In this document: piece by piece, positions 48,916 through 61,630 of the stretch
Layout of the letters: each line of letters starts with the position of its first letter
Position numbering within the stretch: the first letter of the stretch is position 1
NCBI GenBank assembly: GCA_026025075.1
Contig: JAPEUI010000006.1
Span: 1 to 64,000 of the forward strand
DNA: 64,000 bases
DNA from: Vezdaea acicularis
Taxonomy: Eukaryota
Reading direction: 5' to 3'
Position numbers and translations under genes: made by a program
Notes under the pieces: generated by a model
The model's database searches: none
Told to the model about the DNA's origin: nothing
Seen by the model: only the letters and a program-made list of their open reading frames with translations

Positions 48916-50168
48916 ATGGGCGTCCAAGATGTCTTATCTCGAAAATCCGGAGTCATTGTTGGGGACGACGTGCTTAAATTATTCAACTATGCACAGGAGA
49001 AGGGCTTTGCCATGCCTGCAGTTGTAAGTGCTTATGCATGTTGAAGGCTGCAGTTAAAGATCTATCTGCTAATAACATGTGTTAGAATTGCACATCATCT
49101 TCAACGGTTGTCGCCGTCCTTGAGGCAGCCCGCGACAAGAAATCACCTATCATAATCCAAATGTCCCAAGGTGGATCTGCATACTTTGCTGGGAAGGTAA
49201 AGCTATAGGAGTTTCAATGGCTAGGAATCTCTCTGACACGAAATTGTAGGGCGTTCCAAATGGCAAGCAAGAAGCCTCGATTGCCGGTGCCGTCGCAGGG
49301 GCCCATTATATCCGATCTATTGCTCCAGCCTATGGCATTCCTGTTGTTCTACATACCGATCATTGTGCAAAGAAGCTTCTGCCATGGCTCGACGGTATGA
49401 TGGATGCGGACGAGGCTTATTTTAAAATCCATGGCGAGCCTTTATTCTCAAGCCATATGATCGACCTAAGTGAAGAGAGTAAGGAGCAAAATATCGAAAC
49501 GACGGCAAAATATCTCAAACGTGCTGCGCCAATGAAGCAATGGCTTGAAATGGTGAGCACTAGAAAGGCCCAACGTAATTCTGATCATCTGTAACTGAAC
49601 CTTTTAGGAAATCGGAATAACTGGTGGTGAAGAAGACGGCGTTAACAACGAAGATGTAGACAATAACTCGCTCTACACCCAACCTGAGGATATCTACGAT
49701 ATCTATCATACCCTCTCAGCTATTTCTCCCTACTTCTCTATAGCAGCTGGCTTCGGTAATGTCCATGGTGTCTACAAGCCTGGCAACGTCAAGCTACGAC
49801 CAGAGCTCCTCGGTAGGCATCAAGCCTACGTCAAGCAAAAGATCAATGCAAAGGAGGATAAGCCTGTATTCTTGGTATTCCACGGCGGTTCCGGATCAGA
49901 GAAGGAAGAGTACAAGACGGCCATATCTTACGGCGTGGTGAAGGTTAACCTTGACACTGATACGCAATTTGCGTATCTAACGGGCATAAGGGACTACATG
50001 CTCAACAAGAAAGACTATGTCATGAAGCCGGTAGGTAACCCTGACGGTGATGACAAACCGAACAAAAAGTATTTCGACCCGCGCGTTTGGGTGCGTGAAG
50101 GCGAAAAGACGATGGCTGCTCGTGTCTCAGAGGGCCTAGTGGATTTCAATTCAGCTGGGCAGCTATAA
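48916..50168 (+). CDS. FBA1: Fructose-bisphosphate aldolase, class II; three introns
   Basis: MGVQDVLSRKSGVIVGDDV, LHTDHCAKKLLPW, LFSSHMIDLSEE, EIGITGGEEDGV, FGNVHGVYKPG, VFHGGSGS and YFDPRVWVREGE. Confidence 0.97.
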
Positions 50169-51658
50169 ATTTGTTAATCACAAGGTAATTCATACAAATC
50201 GCAGGGTCAGCTGTTGATTGATAGCTGTATAGAAGGGACGGTGTCCTTTTCAACCCAATTTGGTCAGCGGCCTCTCCGCCGTTGCTCATGGATATCAAAG
50301 TTTGCCAAGAACGGCTTATGAAGATAAGAGTTATGTATCTGTGAATACTGGAAGAAGCTTTCGTAGTGTCGCCGACCTCATTTCAGCAGATCCGTTAGGG
50401 CAAACCATTCATCCACAACATACCATTTGGAGAAATTGCTGAGAACTTATAACCTACCTGCATCATAGCTGTGAATCGTATTTGAAAACTCATTAGACCG
50501 AGTGGCATTGAGCCCGCCCGTTACTCAGTTACGCTCTTCAGTATTCTGTCGAATTCCACACTGAATGATCTCCCATCAAGAGAGGGGCTTTTTGCCTCTC
50601 TGCCCTCAAAAGCGACTGTATCGTGCTTCTCCAAATATGGTGATTGACATGAAGCATATATAATGAGGTCTAGGGCCTTCCAGGAGGGCCGTATGCAACT
50701 CGCAGCCCGAGCAGAAGCGCATACTCCTTGCTACTGAAGGTTAGTTGTTTCCCACTACATATCAGATATTCATCTGTCGGCTCAAAAGGCGATTCAAGCG
50801 ATTCAGCTGAAGAGGAAGATAAGCACGGTTTGATAGACGAATTGGTGGCAGCTGAAAATCCCTGCTTAGCCAATACTGAGCTGCAGGCGTGTGGCTTACC
50901 CGAAAAGCCTCTGCAGCGATCGATCGGGCTACCCTATCTAGAACTCGTTGTAAAAGACCATGTCCCTCAACTAATAGATATGGATTCAATTGCTGGGATA
51001 GGCGGCGATGATGTTCCTTTATATGAAAAGTTTATCTGAGACTTCCTCGATCATTGCCTGTGGTATCGCCTGTATTCCACAGCGGTAAGCAATTGATTTT
51101 CTACGTGCGTGGCTTATGAACCCGTCCAGCGCCACGATCCAACGGTCAAAGGGAAAAAGCCAGTCAGCGGCCGCTACGACGCTGCACCCCGAAAATAGGT
51201 TTTTCCTGAGCCGAGAAGATGGCGCCACCCCATCCATAGGCGTTGCGCTTACTGACCGAACGCTCTGCATTGTGGTCTGCAAAACCCTCTCTACCACTCC
51301 ATTGTCTCCTTCCTCTCTACATCATTCTTTTCAAATCCTATTGCCAGTTCATCGTGGTTCTTTATGGAGATTCTGTTTCTTCCTAGGGCTATCTTCGCGC
51401 CGAAGCCAGTTCACGTCGAATTCTCAGAAGCTTCCGTATAGCATCCCAAGACCGGCGTAGTCTTTCTTTACGGTTCTTGTTTTTTATAGCTGTCGCCCAA
51501 TTAACGATTACCAAGGCAACTTCAAGACGACCTTTAATCCTCCGTGGCTTTTGTATTGATGATACGATCACCGATGTGTCGTGATTTAGGGATCAAGCAG
51601 TACCTAAGCTCTATTCCCTAAGAGGACAGCTCTGAAACGGAGCTTCATGATACATGCA

Positions 51659-54600
51659 ATGGACGCTTTCATTTTCCACGTTCTTAATACAAGGCAGAGC
51701 ACGACACAGCAAGAACCGCCAGAGGGGGCTAATAAGTTTCTTGACCTACTTAGAAATTCTTTTTCAACAGAACTTCAAAAGAACGCTTTCTGGGCTTCGC
51801 TTGGAACGTCTCTTGGAATCTCTGCTGGTCTTGCTCTCCTCTTCTCAATACTGCGGCCTCATAATACTGTTGTATACGCGCCGAAGTTGAAGAATGCTGA
51901 CGAGAAGCATGCACCGCCGCCACTTGGAAAGGGTTTATTCGCTTGGGTGAAACCAGTTTTCAAGATACGGGAAGCGGAACTTGTGGATAAGATCGGCATG
52001 GACGCTACTATCTTCCTACGTTTCACTCGGATGCTAAGGAATATGTTCATAATCATGGCCATCATTGGATGCGCTGTCATGATTCCTACCAATGTTGTAA
52101 GCACAAAGAAAACTGGTATACCAAGCGATACTTGGTCGTCAATGACCCCACTACTAGTGTGGGGAGATGCTATGTGGGCACATGTCGTTATATCATATCT
52201 TTTCAACATCATCGTCGCCTACTTTTTGTGGAGGAATTATGGCACGATAACCCGCTTACGACGGCAATACTTTGATAGCCAGATTTATCAGACCAGTCTG
52301 CATTCGAGGACGTTAATGATTACGCATATTCCCAATGAGCTACGTTCTGATGAAGGAGTAGCTCGACTTACTGGACAAGTCAATGTGACTTCAGGAACAC
52401 CGCTTACTGTAATCGGAAGGAACGTGAAGATTTTGCCAGATCTCATAAAGGAGCATGATAAGACAGTCCACAAATTGGAATCTTACCTTTCCAAGTACCT
52501 CAAAGATCCAGACCATTTACCCGCTAGTAGGCCTACGTGCTCTCCGTCAAAGAACGACAAAGCATATAGCAAGGGGCAGAAAGTGGACGCTATTGAGTAC
52601 CTGACCTCAAGAATCCGAGACCTTGAACGCCAAATCATACATGTCAGAGAGACAGTCGATATGCGCGATCCTATGCCCTTTGGGTTCTCCAGCTTCGAGA
52701 GTATCCCGGAGGCACATGCAGTAGCGTATAGCGCAAGAAGGAAACACCCTGACGGCACAACTATAAAGCTGGCTCCTAGGCCTAGCGATATTATTTGGAA
52801 AAATCTTCCGCTCTCTAAGGGTAAAAGGCGATGGAAACGGTTTATGAACAACATTTGGGTCACTCTATTGACCATCATCTGGGTCGTTCCGAACGCCTTG
52901 ATTGCTGCGTTCCTAACTAACCTTTCAAATCTTGGTCAAGTTTGGCCTGCCTTCAAAGTCCAGCTTTATGCGCACCCAACAACATGGGCTGCTGTACAAG
53001 GCATTCTTTCGCCAGCCATCCTCTCCCTCGTCTACCTATATCTCCCGACTGTGTTCCGTCGCCTTGCCATGCGCGCTGGTGACACCACGAAGACATCCCG
53101 CGAGAAACATGTAACACACAGACTTTATGCCTTCTTTGTATTCAATAACCTTGTCGTGTTCTCTTTCTTTTCCGCTATTTGGGCGTATATCAGCTACATC
53201 GTAGATGAAGCGAAAGGCGACCACGTCAATGTGTGGAAAGCGATCCAGGATCAACAGCTAATTTCGAAACAGCTCTTCCCAGCTTTATGTCAAGTCTCTC
53301 AGTTCTGGGTCATCTGGCTTCTCCAGAGGAATCTCGGAGCCGCAGTTGATATTGCTCAGCTCTGGACTCTTTTTTGGGTGGCATGTGCAAGAGCTTTCGG
53401 CCAACCAACACCACGCCAGCTAATCCAATGGACTGCACCGCCGCCATTTGAGTATGCTGCATACTATAATTATTTCCTTTTCTATTCTACTGTAGCGCTC
53501 TGCTTTGCGACATTGCAGCCTATAGTGCTCCTAGTCACAGCTATATACTTCGCCCTCGACGCTTCACTGAAAAAGTACCTTCTCATGTATGTCTTCGTCA
53601 CGAAGACTGAGAGTGGAGGGCAATTCTGGAGGATCCTTTTCAATAGACTCATCTTTGCAACGATACTCAGCAATTTCGTCGTCGCGCTTGCGATATACGC
53701 CCGCGCGACTAGTAAATGGACGATGCTAATAGCAATGATCCCAGCGCCTCTCCTCATGCTCGGCTTCAAGTGGTGGTGTGCTCGGACCTTCGACGACAGG
53801 ATGTACTATTACAACAAGTCGGCATTCAAAGATCCAGAAGCGAATCTCTCACTACCGAATAAACCTCGTAAGAACGACAGACTAAGCGTCCGATTCGGCA
53901 ATCCCGTCCTCTACAAAAGGCTTATCACGCCTATGGTGCACGCTAAAGCTACTGGGGTTCTTTCCAAGATCTACCAAGGTCGCCTTCAAGTTGATGAGCA
54001 TTCATCACCATCCGCTAGCACCTATGGAGATGTCCACATGGCTGCCCTTTCGGCTTCTGGGCGCGCCATTGATCGTCCCTCCTCGGCTGCTCCCTTTGAA
54101 TCCGTTCCCGAAGGCCAGCTCGATTTCTTCTACTATAAAAATCGCGATGAGTTCGGAGACGAACATGGCGCAGGTGAAATATATGGTCAGCATATCGATG
54201 CTCTATCGGATCGTCCATCCACGCCGTCGACAATCTACTCAGGCTATGGTGATCGGACGGGCAGTCCAGTTGGGTACGGTAGTAGACCTGTGCCTTATCG
54301 CGTGGGTTCGGAAGGCTCAGGTGTCCATCCAGCGTACAGGACTGGGTCACCTACTGTGGCGCCGGGACAACGAGGTCGATCGGGTCCCGGTTACCGCGGT
54401 GGCTCATCTGACCTGGGCACGCAGCATCAAGGGCTATATTCCTATAGGAATGAGAGCGAGGCTGGGCTCGTGAGGAATGCGGCACAGATGCCACTTGGGG
54501 TGTCGAGTGAGCGGGAGGAGAGCGTTGAGCGCATACGGCAAGGAGGGAGTGGTTGGGTAGGCGGTAGGAGAGGGTATGGGAATGTCCCTCAGCAGGAGAG

Positions 54601-54667
54601 CGAGGAGTATGATCCCATGAGTTATGACTATTTCCGTGAACAAGGCAGGGGTGGAGGGAGGCATTGA
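51659..54667 (+). CDS. OSCA/TMEM63 (CSC1/RSN1, DUF221) calcium-permeable stress-gated channel
   Basis: ~1000-aa intronless ORF with LRPHNTVVYAPK, IGMDATIFLRF, LAPRPSDIIWKNL, PPPFEYAAYY and YVFVTKTESGGQFW, plus ~11 hydrophobic segments. Start could be 51647 or 51659. Confidence 0.93.
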   Translation: MDAFIFHVLNTRQSTTQQEPPEGANKFLDLLRNSFSTELQKNAFWASLGTSLGISAGLALLFSILRPHNTVVYAPKLKNADEKHAPPPLGKGLFAWVKPVFKIREAELVDKIGMDATIFLRFTRMLRNMFIIMAIIGCAVMIPTNVVSTKKTGIPSDTWSSMTPLLVWGDAMWAHVVISYLFNIIVAYFLWRNYGTITRLRRQYFDSQIYQTSLHSRTLMITHIPNELRSDEGVARLTGQVNVTSGTPLTVIGRNVKILPDLIKEHDKTVHKLESYLSKYLKDPDHLPASRPTCSPSKNDKAYSKGQKVDAIEYLTSRIRDLERQIIHVRETVDMRDPMPFGFSSFESIPEAHAVAYSARRKHPDGTTIKLAPRPSDIIWKNLPLSKGKRRWKRFMNNIWVTLLTIIWVVPNALIAAFLTNLSNLGQVWPAFKVQLYAHPTTWAAVQGILSPAILSLVYLYLPTVFRRLAMRAGDTTKTSREKHVTHRLYAFFVFNNLVVFSFFSAIWAYISYIVDEAKGDHVNVWKAIQDQQLISKQLFPALCQVSQFWVIWLLQRNLGAAVDIAQLWTLFWVACARAFGQPTPRQLIQWTAPPPFEYAAYYNYFLFYSTVALCFATLQPIVLLVTAIYFALDASLKKYLLMYVFVTKTESGGQFWRILFNRLIFATILSNFVVALAIYARATSKWTMLIAMIPAPLLMLGFKWWCARTFDDRMYYYNKSAFKDPEANLSLPNKPRKNDRLSVRFGNPVLYKRLITPMVHAKATGVLSKIYQGRLQVDEHSSPSASTYGDVHMAALSASGRAIDRPSSAAPFESVPEGQLDFFYYKNRDEFGDEHGAGEIYGQHIDALSDRPSTPSTIYSGYGDRTGSPVGYGSRPVPYRVGSEGSGVHPAYRTGSPTVAPGQRGRSGPGYRGGSSDLGTQHQGLYSYRNESEAGLVRNAAQMPLGVSSEREESVERIRQGGSGWVGGRRGYGNVPQQESEEYDPMSYDYFREQGRGGGRH

Positions 54668-55263
54668 ATAAAAAGCGGGATGGGTTGCATAAGTTATGTT
54701 TGGGTCTGCTTGAGTTCCTAGCGCTGCATTGGGAAGGTGCGGATTGTTCTTGGGCTAATAAAGCCCGTTATCTCTACACCAAGATTTTAGAGTGCTTCAT
54801 AATAGCGAGCTTTCGAAATACTCTTGCGTCTGATATAATAAACCAGACACTGCAGTGCGAGAAAACGAGAACGCGGGGGAAAGCGAAGTAATTCTTCATA
54901 CAAATTCACGAAGGAAGATACCTCGCTAAATTACCTGGCACGCCTAGGTCTCTGAGCTTCGCTTATCTAACAAATCGGAGCTTGCCATTAGTCGATCGAT
55001 TTACATTGAGACGATGTCTAATCGTAACAAAGGCTCCTCTCTTTACAAGCAATCCGAAGAACTGCCTTGAGCCTAATATCATCGGCCCACGTGGGGTTCA
55101 TACTACGAGTCCTGTGACTAGGTCGATCTTCTGTATAACTCGACTCTGGCCTATCCGGTATTTATAGACGATGGCCTTTCGACCTAACATCTGTATCTAC
55201 TAGCTTAACATGGATATCGACAGAACTTCTTGGTTTGAGTATTCCAGTTGATGGAGTCGGAAG

Positions 55264-57186
55264 ATGCCAGAGAAATCTTTGACAATTGCAACATATGCTG
55301 CCGGCGCCTCTCTTGCGGCTATCACCTTAGTTTATGTATTCGGGCCGACCTTCTTCATAGACGGCGATTCGTCTACAGCATCAAGCGGGACCCGGAAGAG
55401 AGGCATTGTCGGGTTGACGAATCCTGCGAATGACTGCTTCATCAACTCGATACTTCAGGCTTTAGCTGGTCTAGGAGAACTTCGAATATACCTGATCAGA
55501 GAGTCCCATCGAAGAAGGTTAGATGGCAGAGAGATATATAAGATACTGCCTGAAGAGCTTGCGGGGATCAAAGAAATAGATGCACTAAAGCTTGAAGGTG
55601 TCCGTCGGGGAATCGTGACACAAAGTCTGAAGGAGGTGTTGGATAGCCTGAATGAGAGACCCATCTACAAGAAGACTATTTCTGCCGCAGATTTCGTCGC
55701 AGACTTGGAGTATGCATTTCAGCAAAGAATCAGTCGGCAGCAGCAGGATGCTCAGGAGTTCTTGCAAGTCGTTGCAGAGCGGCTCTGTGATGAGTATCAT
55801 GCTGGCAAGAAGGCGAGAGAAAAAGCTGCTCAGCGCCATAGTTCTCCTTCCAGTGGATCTCAAACTAGTATGAATAACGAAACAATGGAGATACGGGACA
55901 AAGAGCCTGGACGTCTTGAATTATCAGATCGAATTGATCAATTGGGTTCTAATGCTCCATCATCGGGTTCTCTAGAAGCCGGCAAGATGCTTGAGGAGAA
56001 AGGGGTCGCCGACGAGGAGAAGGAGGTGGAGGAAGGGTTCCCGTTCGAAGGCACGCATGAATCATTCGTCGAGTGCCTTACTTGCCATTTCAAGCCAAGG
56101 CCCAGCGTTTCCGCCTTTGTGACACTGACCCTCAGCGTTCCTCAGACAAGCTCCACATCACTGAATAGCTGTTTTGATGGGTTCTTCAAGACCGAATACA
56201 TCGAGGATTACAGATGCGACTGGTGCAGGCTCGAACATTCGTTACAGCTACGCTCGTCCGAGTTGTCAGCTGAAAAAGACAGCAGGAAGAAAGCAATGAT
56301 TGAGTCAGAGATTGTCAAGTTACGCCATGCTCTTGAAGTTGACGCTGAGACACCCCCTTCAGATGTGACACTTCCGGACCTCAAGCTTGCCCCAAAGAGA
56401 AAAATTGCGCGCCATGTCCGTATTACCAAGTTTCCAAAGATTCTCGCAATACATCTTTCGAGGTCTATTTTCGATCCCCGAAGCTATTCAACGAAGAATT
56501 CAGCGAGAGTGTCGTTTCCCGAACGGCTTCCTCTTGGTGGCATGCTTAATCAGAAACAGTATAAACTACTCGGGGTCGTTACCCACAAAGGCAGTCACCA
56601 CAGCGGCCACTACGAGTCATTTCGACGGCAGAATTTGTATCCGCCATTTTCAACCCCAAATACATTCAAGCAAAGCAGGCCCTACAGTCGTACTGGAACA
56701 CCAAGCCCCTCTGTCATCGCTAGTCCAAACATACCGGTCGCCAAAGCAATTGTAGGAGAGCATATCGAGAAGCCCATACTTGCGCTCTCCCCAGCCCCTT
56801 CGCCTTCCACTGACGAATCCGGAATCTCTCCGGTACCTTCGCTATCCCCACTCTCACCGGCTTCAACTAGGCCATCGTCAGAATCAACGTCGGAAAACCC
56901 AAATTTCAATCATTCGAAATTCAGACCGACTTCAGCGCCTCGAGAACAGCCTAGCAATGTCACTTCTCGACTCTCTACGCCGCTTTCGAAAACTGCAAGC
57001 TCTAGAACAGAAAATGTGGCGGAGAAGGACCAGTCCATACTAGATGTGACACGGTTTAAGCGCAAGAAGAAGCCTAACGATAGGTGGTGGCGCATCAGTG
57101 ACGACAAAATTAAAGAGAGTAAGACTAGCGACGTCTTGGGGATGCAGAAGGAGGTGTATCTCCTCTTCTACGAAATGGAAAGATAG
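55264..57186 (+). CDS. Ubiquitin-specific protease (USP/C19) with N-terminal membrane anchor, Ubp16/USP30-like
   Basis: Cys box GLTNPANDCFINSILQAL, QQDAQEFL, His box VVTHKGSHHSGHYESF and WWRISDDKI...VYLLFYE. Hydrophobic N-terminus AAGASLAAITLVYVF. Confidence 0.93.
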   Translation: MPEKSLTIATYAAGASLAAITLVYVFGPTFFIDGDSSTASSGTRKRGIVGLTNPANDCFINSILQALAGLGELRIYLIRESHRRRLDGREIYKILPEELAGIKEIDALKLEGVRRGIVTQSLKEVLDSLNERPIYKKTISAADFVADLEYAFQQRISRQQQDAQEFLQVVAERLCDEYHAGKKAREKAAQRHSSPSSGSQTSMNNETMEIRDKEPGRLELSDRIDQLGSNAPSSGSLEAGKMLEEKGVADEEKEVEEGFPFEGTHESFVECLTCHFKPRPSVSAFVTLTLSVPQTSSTSLNSCFDGFFKTEYIEDYRCDWCRLEHSLQLRSSELSAEKDSRKKAMIESEIVKLRHALEVDAETPPSDVTLPDLKLAPKRKIARHVRITKFPKILAIHLSRSIFDPRSYSTKNSARVSFPERLPLGGMLNQKQYKLLGVVTHKGSHHSGHYESFRRQNLYPPFSTPNTFKQSRPYSRTGTPSPSVIASPNIPVAKAIVGEHIEKPILALSPAPSPSTDESGISPVPSLSPLSPASTRPSSESTSENPNFNHSKFRPTSAPREQPSNVTSRLSTPLSKTASSRTENVAEKDQSILDVTRFKRKKKPNDRWWRISDDKIKESKTSDVLGMQKEVYLLFYEMER

Positions 57187-57550
57187 GCAAACTTAAATAC
57201 GTGGAATGCATTAAACGTATGAACACTTCTATTTGTATATTATCAAGCATAAGAGGCTATACATAGAGAGGCGCGGCGGACGTCCCCAGTGGCATGTTGG
57301 GCAATTGCATCGATATGGGCGTAAAGGCAGCAGACCTGTCGGGTGCATTGTATGGTGACTATCAAGCATGGTGGAGAATTGGCCATATGAAGAGCCACAT
57401 CACCATCTTCACTAGAACTGTACTTTTTCATACCTTGATTCGTGATTGAGATTGGAGCAATTAATGTAGACGTGAGAATTTGAAATGGTGCTTCACATTC
57501 TGCAACGCCCTTTTCCTTGGCTTGATGAACGAGAAACTCTTATTGACTAA

Positions 57551-57949
57551 GAGAAGTGGGACATTACTTTTTCGGACAGCATTGGTAAAGCTAATCCTCA
57601 CATCTACTCAGACGAGGATGCGGCCGCTACTAGTAAAGAGATCGATGCTACAAAGGTACGCAAACTGAAGCTGGCTAGCATTGGTCTTGACAGCTGATAT
57701 TTGCAGAGGCTCTTGCGAGTGGAACGACAATTTCTCCACCGATTACCCAAGTTGGGGGCTATCCTGTTTCAAGTCAAGACATACCTCTACACCCTGGGTG
57801 AGGTCAAAGCTGGAGGAATGGGTGATGAACTAGCGCAGGCAATTGATGGGCTCGTAAATGGAAACGCACCGGACATGGTACGCTATAAGGGGGCTGTGGT
57901 TTGGAGGGAAGCGGTAAAGGCTTACCTGAGAAATCGTAGTATGGCTTAG
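57551..57949 (+). pseudogene. 5'-truncated remnant of a DUF3445 (heme-dependent oxidative N-demethylase alpha-like) gene; intron 57656-57706
   Basis: Spliced translation ...HIYSDED...EIDATK|RLLRVERQFLHRLPKLGAILFQVKTYLYTL.EVK..G.GDELAQAIDGL..GNAPDM..YKGAVVW matches the family C-terminus as I recall it. An in-frame TAA lies just upstream and there is no room for the N-terminal two-thirds. Confidence 0.65.
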
Positions 57950-58135
57950 GATATAACGGTTTGTCTTGAAAAACAGGTCTCTTGCTTGAGAATAATAAGC
58001 TCTAAGTATCAACCGTATTAATGGAGCAGGAGCTCAGGATGGAAACCCCCCCCTGCACAGTACGCTAGTATACAGCATTACAGTTCCAACAATCCCAAGG
58101 TAGGTTCTACATCAATGAGTATATTCATAAGCCAG

Positions 58136-61100
58136 CTATTTCGGCTCCGTTACAACACCTTCATATTCCCTCGAGCGAATGTACTCCAAAGTCCGCATAA
58201 AGTGCGCTTTCGGGTTTTCGATCGAGGAGGTGTCTTGGTTGGTTTGAAGATTAGAGTGAATGAGTTCGATAAGTCCGTTAAGGTACTTTGTCGTTACCTA
58301 TAGATAGATTTAGCAAGTAGAAGCTGGCCAATCAGTAAGTATTAAGCATACCGCTTCATTTTGCTGGTCAAAATAGTAGACGTAACGATTCAAAAGTTCC
58401 ACGAAGAGTTCGACGGATACGGCTGTATCCATACATGCGTCAGCAACGCGAAGAGCCCGCTGAAGACATTCGAGAACACGTTTTCCATCACGGTATAGCT
58501 TTATATTATCAGCGCCTGATGAACACAGCGTTATATTTGACGGAAAGACCTACATTCTTGCTGTCCTCCTCTCCCTTTAAGGGGTTCTCTACCGCCCACC
58601 AAAGATGGCTAGCGAGGTAGACGGCTCGGCACTGGTCTGGTTTCTTGAGTAGCTTACTGCCATGCAAAGCACATTTTGTAATCAAGGTATCGTAATTCTC
58701 TTTATTGAAGCCTCTAGTGCCATGCAATGCACCTGCGATGACGCAAACTGCTTGAAATTGTGCCCTTGAATCGCTTATAGCCTCCTCGTATATTGTGAAT
58801 GCCTCGGCAAAAAACTGGTAGCTAACCTCTTCAAAGCCACTTTGGTCTGCGACTTGACCACAACCAATGAAAAGGCGAAGACATAAGTCTGCAGAGCCGT
58901 TGACGCGGGTGTATAGAGTACTAATATTGCTGAGCATGAACTTGTAGAGTGATGAAGACTGCATTGACCACGTATCGTCATAGTGTTCGCGGGTTTTATA
59001 GCGTCGAGCAAGCTTGATCGAGGCAGTTATGAGCGCGGGTGTCGTATACTTAATGCGCTCATTACCTTCGTTGAATGCTTTTCGTGTGATTTGGAGGAGC
59101 TAAGCACGTCAGACCTTGCTTTAGTTGATGGTTGTAGATATTTACCTTAAATTGGGTGTCATTCTCTGGGCTATTGATTAAATGAACTATCCGTGCTAGC
59201 CACCCTTGTTCTTCAACCATCTCATCGGTCTCGGCGCCTCTTCTCTGCGATGCAGTACCCGGATATCCTGCTGGTTGTTGGACTCCTTCTTTCACCAAAA
59301 CTTTAAGGATCTCCAAAACTCCTTCTGCATTGTCTACAGTCGATATCTTAGTCTGACTTTTCAATATGTTTCGAGCAACCTCCCCCGCGACGGCCCTTCG
59401 AGTTGAGTAACTTTGAGCGTGAAGTAACGGCAGGTAATTTGGAAGTGAAAGCGCCGTAAAAAGAGAAAAGTAGGATTTAACAGGAGCGAGCAGAAGGCTT
59501 AGTATGTTATTCTGGGCAGCAGCAGAGTGGAGGTCGGCACTATTAGCAAACTCGGTTACTTTCTGATTTGTGTAGGAGAGTACTTGGTCAACGTAATCTG
59601 TGGAAGTCAGCCAGCTCTTAGCATAAGATTAGGTCCAAATACCAAGGCGCTCGGGATAAATGTTCCTGAGAAAACAGTCAGAATGAGGCCAGTTTACCCG
59701 GTAGAATATGAGCTTACAGCGCGAGGTTTGTCAAGGATACCAGAAGGGCAATTATATCCTGTATCGGTAGCCTTTGCGCTTGGACAAGGTTTGCGACCTG
59801 ATCATAAAAGATCTCATATAATTTGACACCGTCCGGGATACCTCTATGTCTGCCTGAGGCTTCATTCCCATTTTCAGTGGCCTTAGCTGGCTTGACAATG
59901 GATTCAGCAACGGCCTCGCCAGGTTCTGGTGATGATGGGACTGGAAACACGCCATTGGACTCGCTTTCGGTGGCTGCGTCGCCGTCGCTACTAGGATTAG
60001 GTGTCTGGCTTTGGCCGCTCTCTCCCGAGACACGGAGCTTTTCGAGGAGTCTGATTGTAGCTTCACCTTCTTTCCTCTTTTTTTCCTCCAAAGGTTCAGA
60101 GTCGGACTCTCGTGAGGCGTACGCGGAGAGCCTATCCATCAGACCGATTACTATCTTTTTCACGTTGACATGAGGATTTAGACGGGCTGTGGCAGACAAC
60201 AATTGGTCTAAAGTATTGAGATGGAACTCATCGGGGAAGACTTGGGTTATAACTGTGGGCAATGATCAGCAAACCTTGCACCAAGTCCATAGTGAAGCTT
60301 CGTACCTTCGAGTAGATATTCTTGTGCAAGGACATCCCGGCATTGCACGACTTGCTCTAATAAAGGAACAAGAATAACATTCTTGTACGCTTCTAGGTCA
60401 ACTAATTGACTAAGCCTTTCTAGATTACTTCCCACTAGTAGTTGTAGCTGTTGCCGTTCTCTTGTGCGCTGTTCTCGTTCACGCGAATGTCCCTGATGCT
60501 GCAGTCTGACCCACAGCTTGTTCATCTCCACGAAGTTTGTCAATATAAAACTGATGGAGTCCTGGAGGTTGCCTTCTGGTCCATCGCCATTTCCATTCGG
60601 CAAGTGGTCACGAGCTTGACCAGAGAGGTAGTATCGCAAGAAAAGACCCCTAACAGGATGTTGCACCCCTCGACTCATTTCCATCATATCTTTCATGATT
60701 TCCTTGACTGGGGCGTCTTCAATGGCCATATATACAGTGCCAACCGTGATCATGAGATAAAGTCGGGGGACAATATTCCCTGCGTACTGCACAAGCTCAT
60801 ACAGATCTGCTAAGTGATTTCCCGGATGACTCTCACGCAGGTATACTGATAAGTGGCGAAGCGCGTCAAAGACGGCCATATAGAGTTCGTAGTATTGTTT
60901 TGGGCCAAGGCTACTTGTCCGGAGTTCAGACACCAAAGTCGAGCTTTGGAAGAAGTATTCGTCAGCTCTAGATCAAAAATAACACCTAGCAAGCTTGCTT
61001 CGGCTTCATCAGATTGAAGAGACAAACCTGCATTTGAGCGCGTCCATGAGCTTGCCCTCCTTCTCCAGGCATTTGCGCATAAGGTGTGACTGTTGACGCA

Positions 61101-61161
61101 CCACACCTATAGCATCGTCAAGAAGGCGGGCCTGGTCCTCAGCACCTTGAGGAGACGCCAT
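58136..61161 (-). CDS. VPS35: Retromer cargo-recognition subunit Vps35, multi-intron
   Basis: [27 protein letters not shown], signature [29 protein letters not shown] and [20 protein letters not shown]. Stop TAG at 58138-58136. Confidence 0.97.
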
Positions 61162-61630
61162 GGCAATATGCGATCACACCAGTCGTCCCCACTTGATACC
61201 TAGTCCAGAGGTTTCCCAAGTCATTCAGATTTGACTGTGGAGGCTCAAACTTCAAGGAACTACGCATCAGGAAGAAGTTTCGCGATTACGGAGTGCAGAT
61301 CGCCTGTCTAGTCTACGGCTCGTTTCTATAAGTTGGGCACAGGGATGCTTGTCTTTGAACCGCAAAGCATTAGCTGATCTCGTGGGAAAGCTCTATACAT
61401 TCTGTTTTAAATATTAATCTATGTAGTATTCTATAATTCCTCTATGTCCACTTGTCCAATCGCTATGCAAGATTCTCAACCCTTGTAAATGCAGCCGATT
61501 TGAATACTCCGTCCCAGATATCTAATCCGGTCGCTACCGTTCCGTGCATTGCTGACATGTAAACTTCCGTAAGAAAATCTTTCACAAACATTTTGGTCCC
61601 TGCTCTCATGGCCTCCAGAGTTGTTATTCC

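Noticed and set aside
50160..50180. Cryptic peroxisomal targeting by stop readthrough in glycolytic enzymes (FBA1, also PGM2)
   Set aside because: Both end in TAA without the TGA-CTA context, and the downstream codons do not encode an SKL-like tripeptide.
50728..51039. Acidic 103-aa ORF between FBA1 and the OSCA gene
   Set aside because: No ATG start, no recognisable family and no clear upstream exon. It may be a decayed fragment but cannot be supported.
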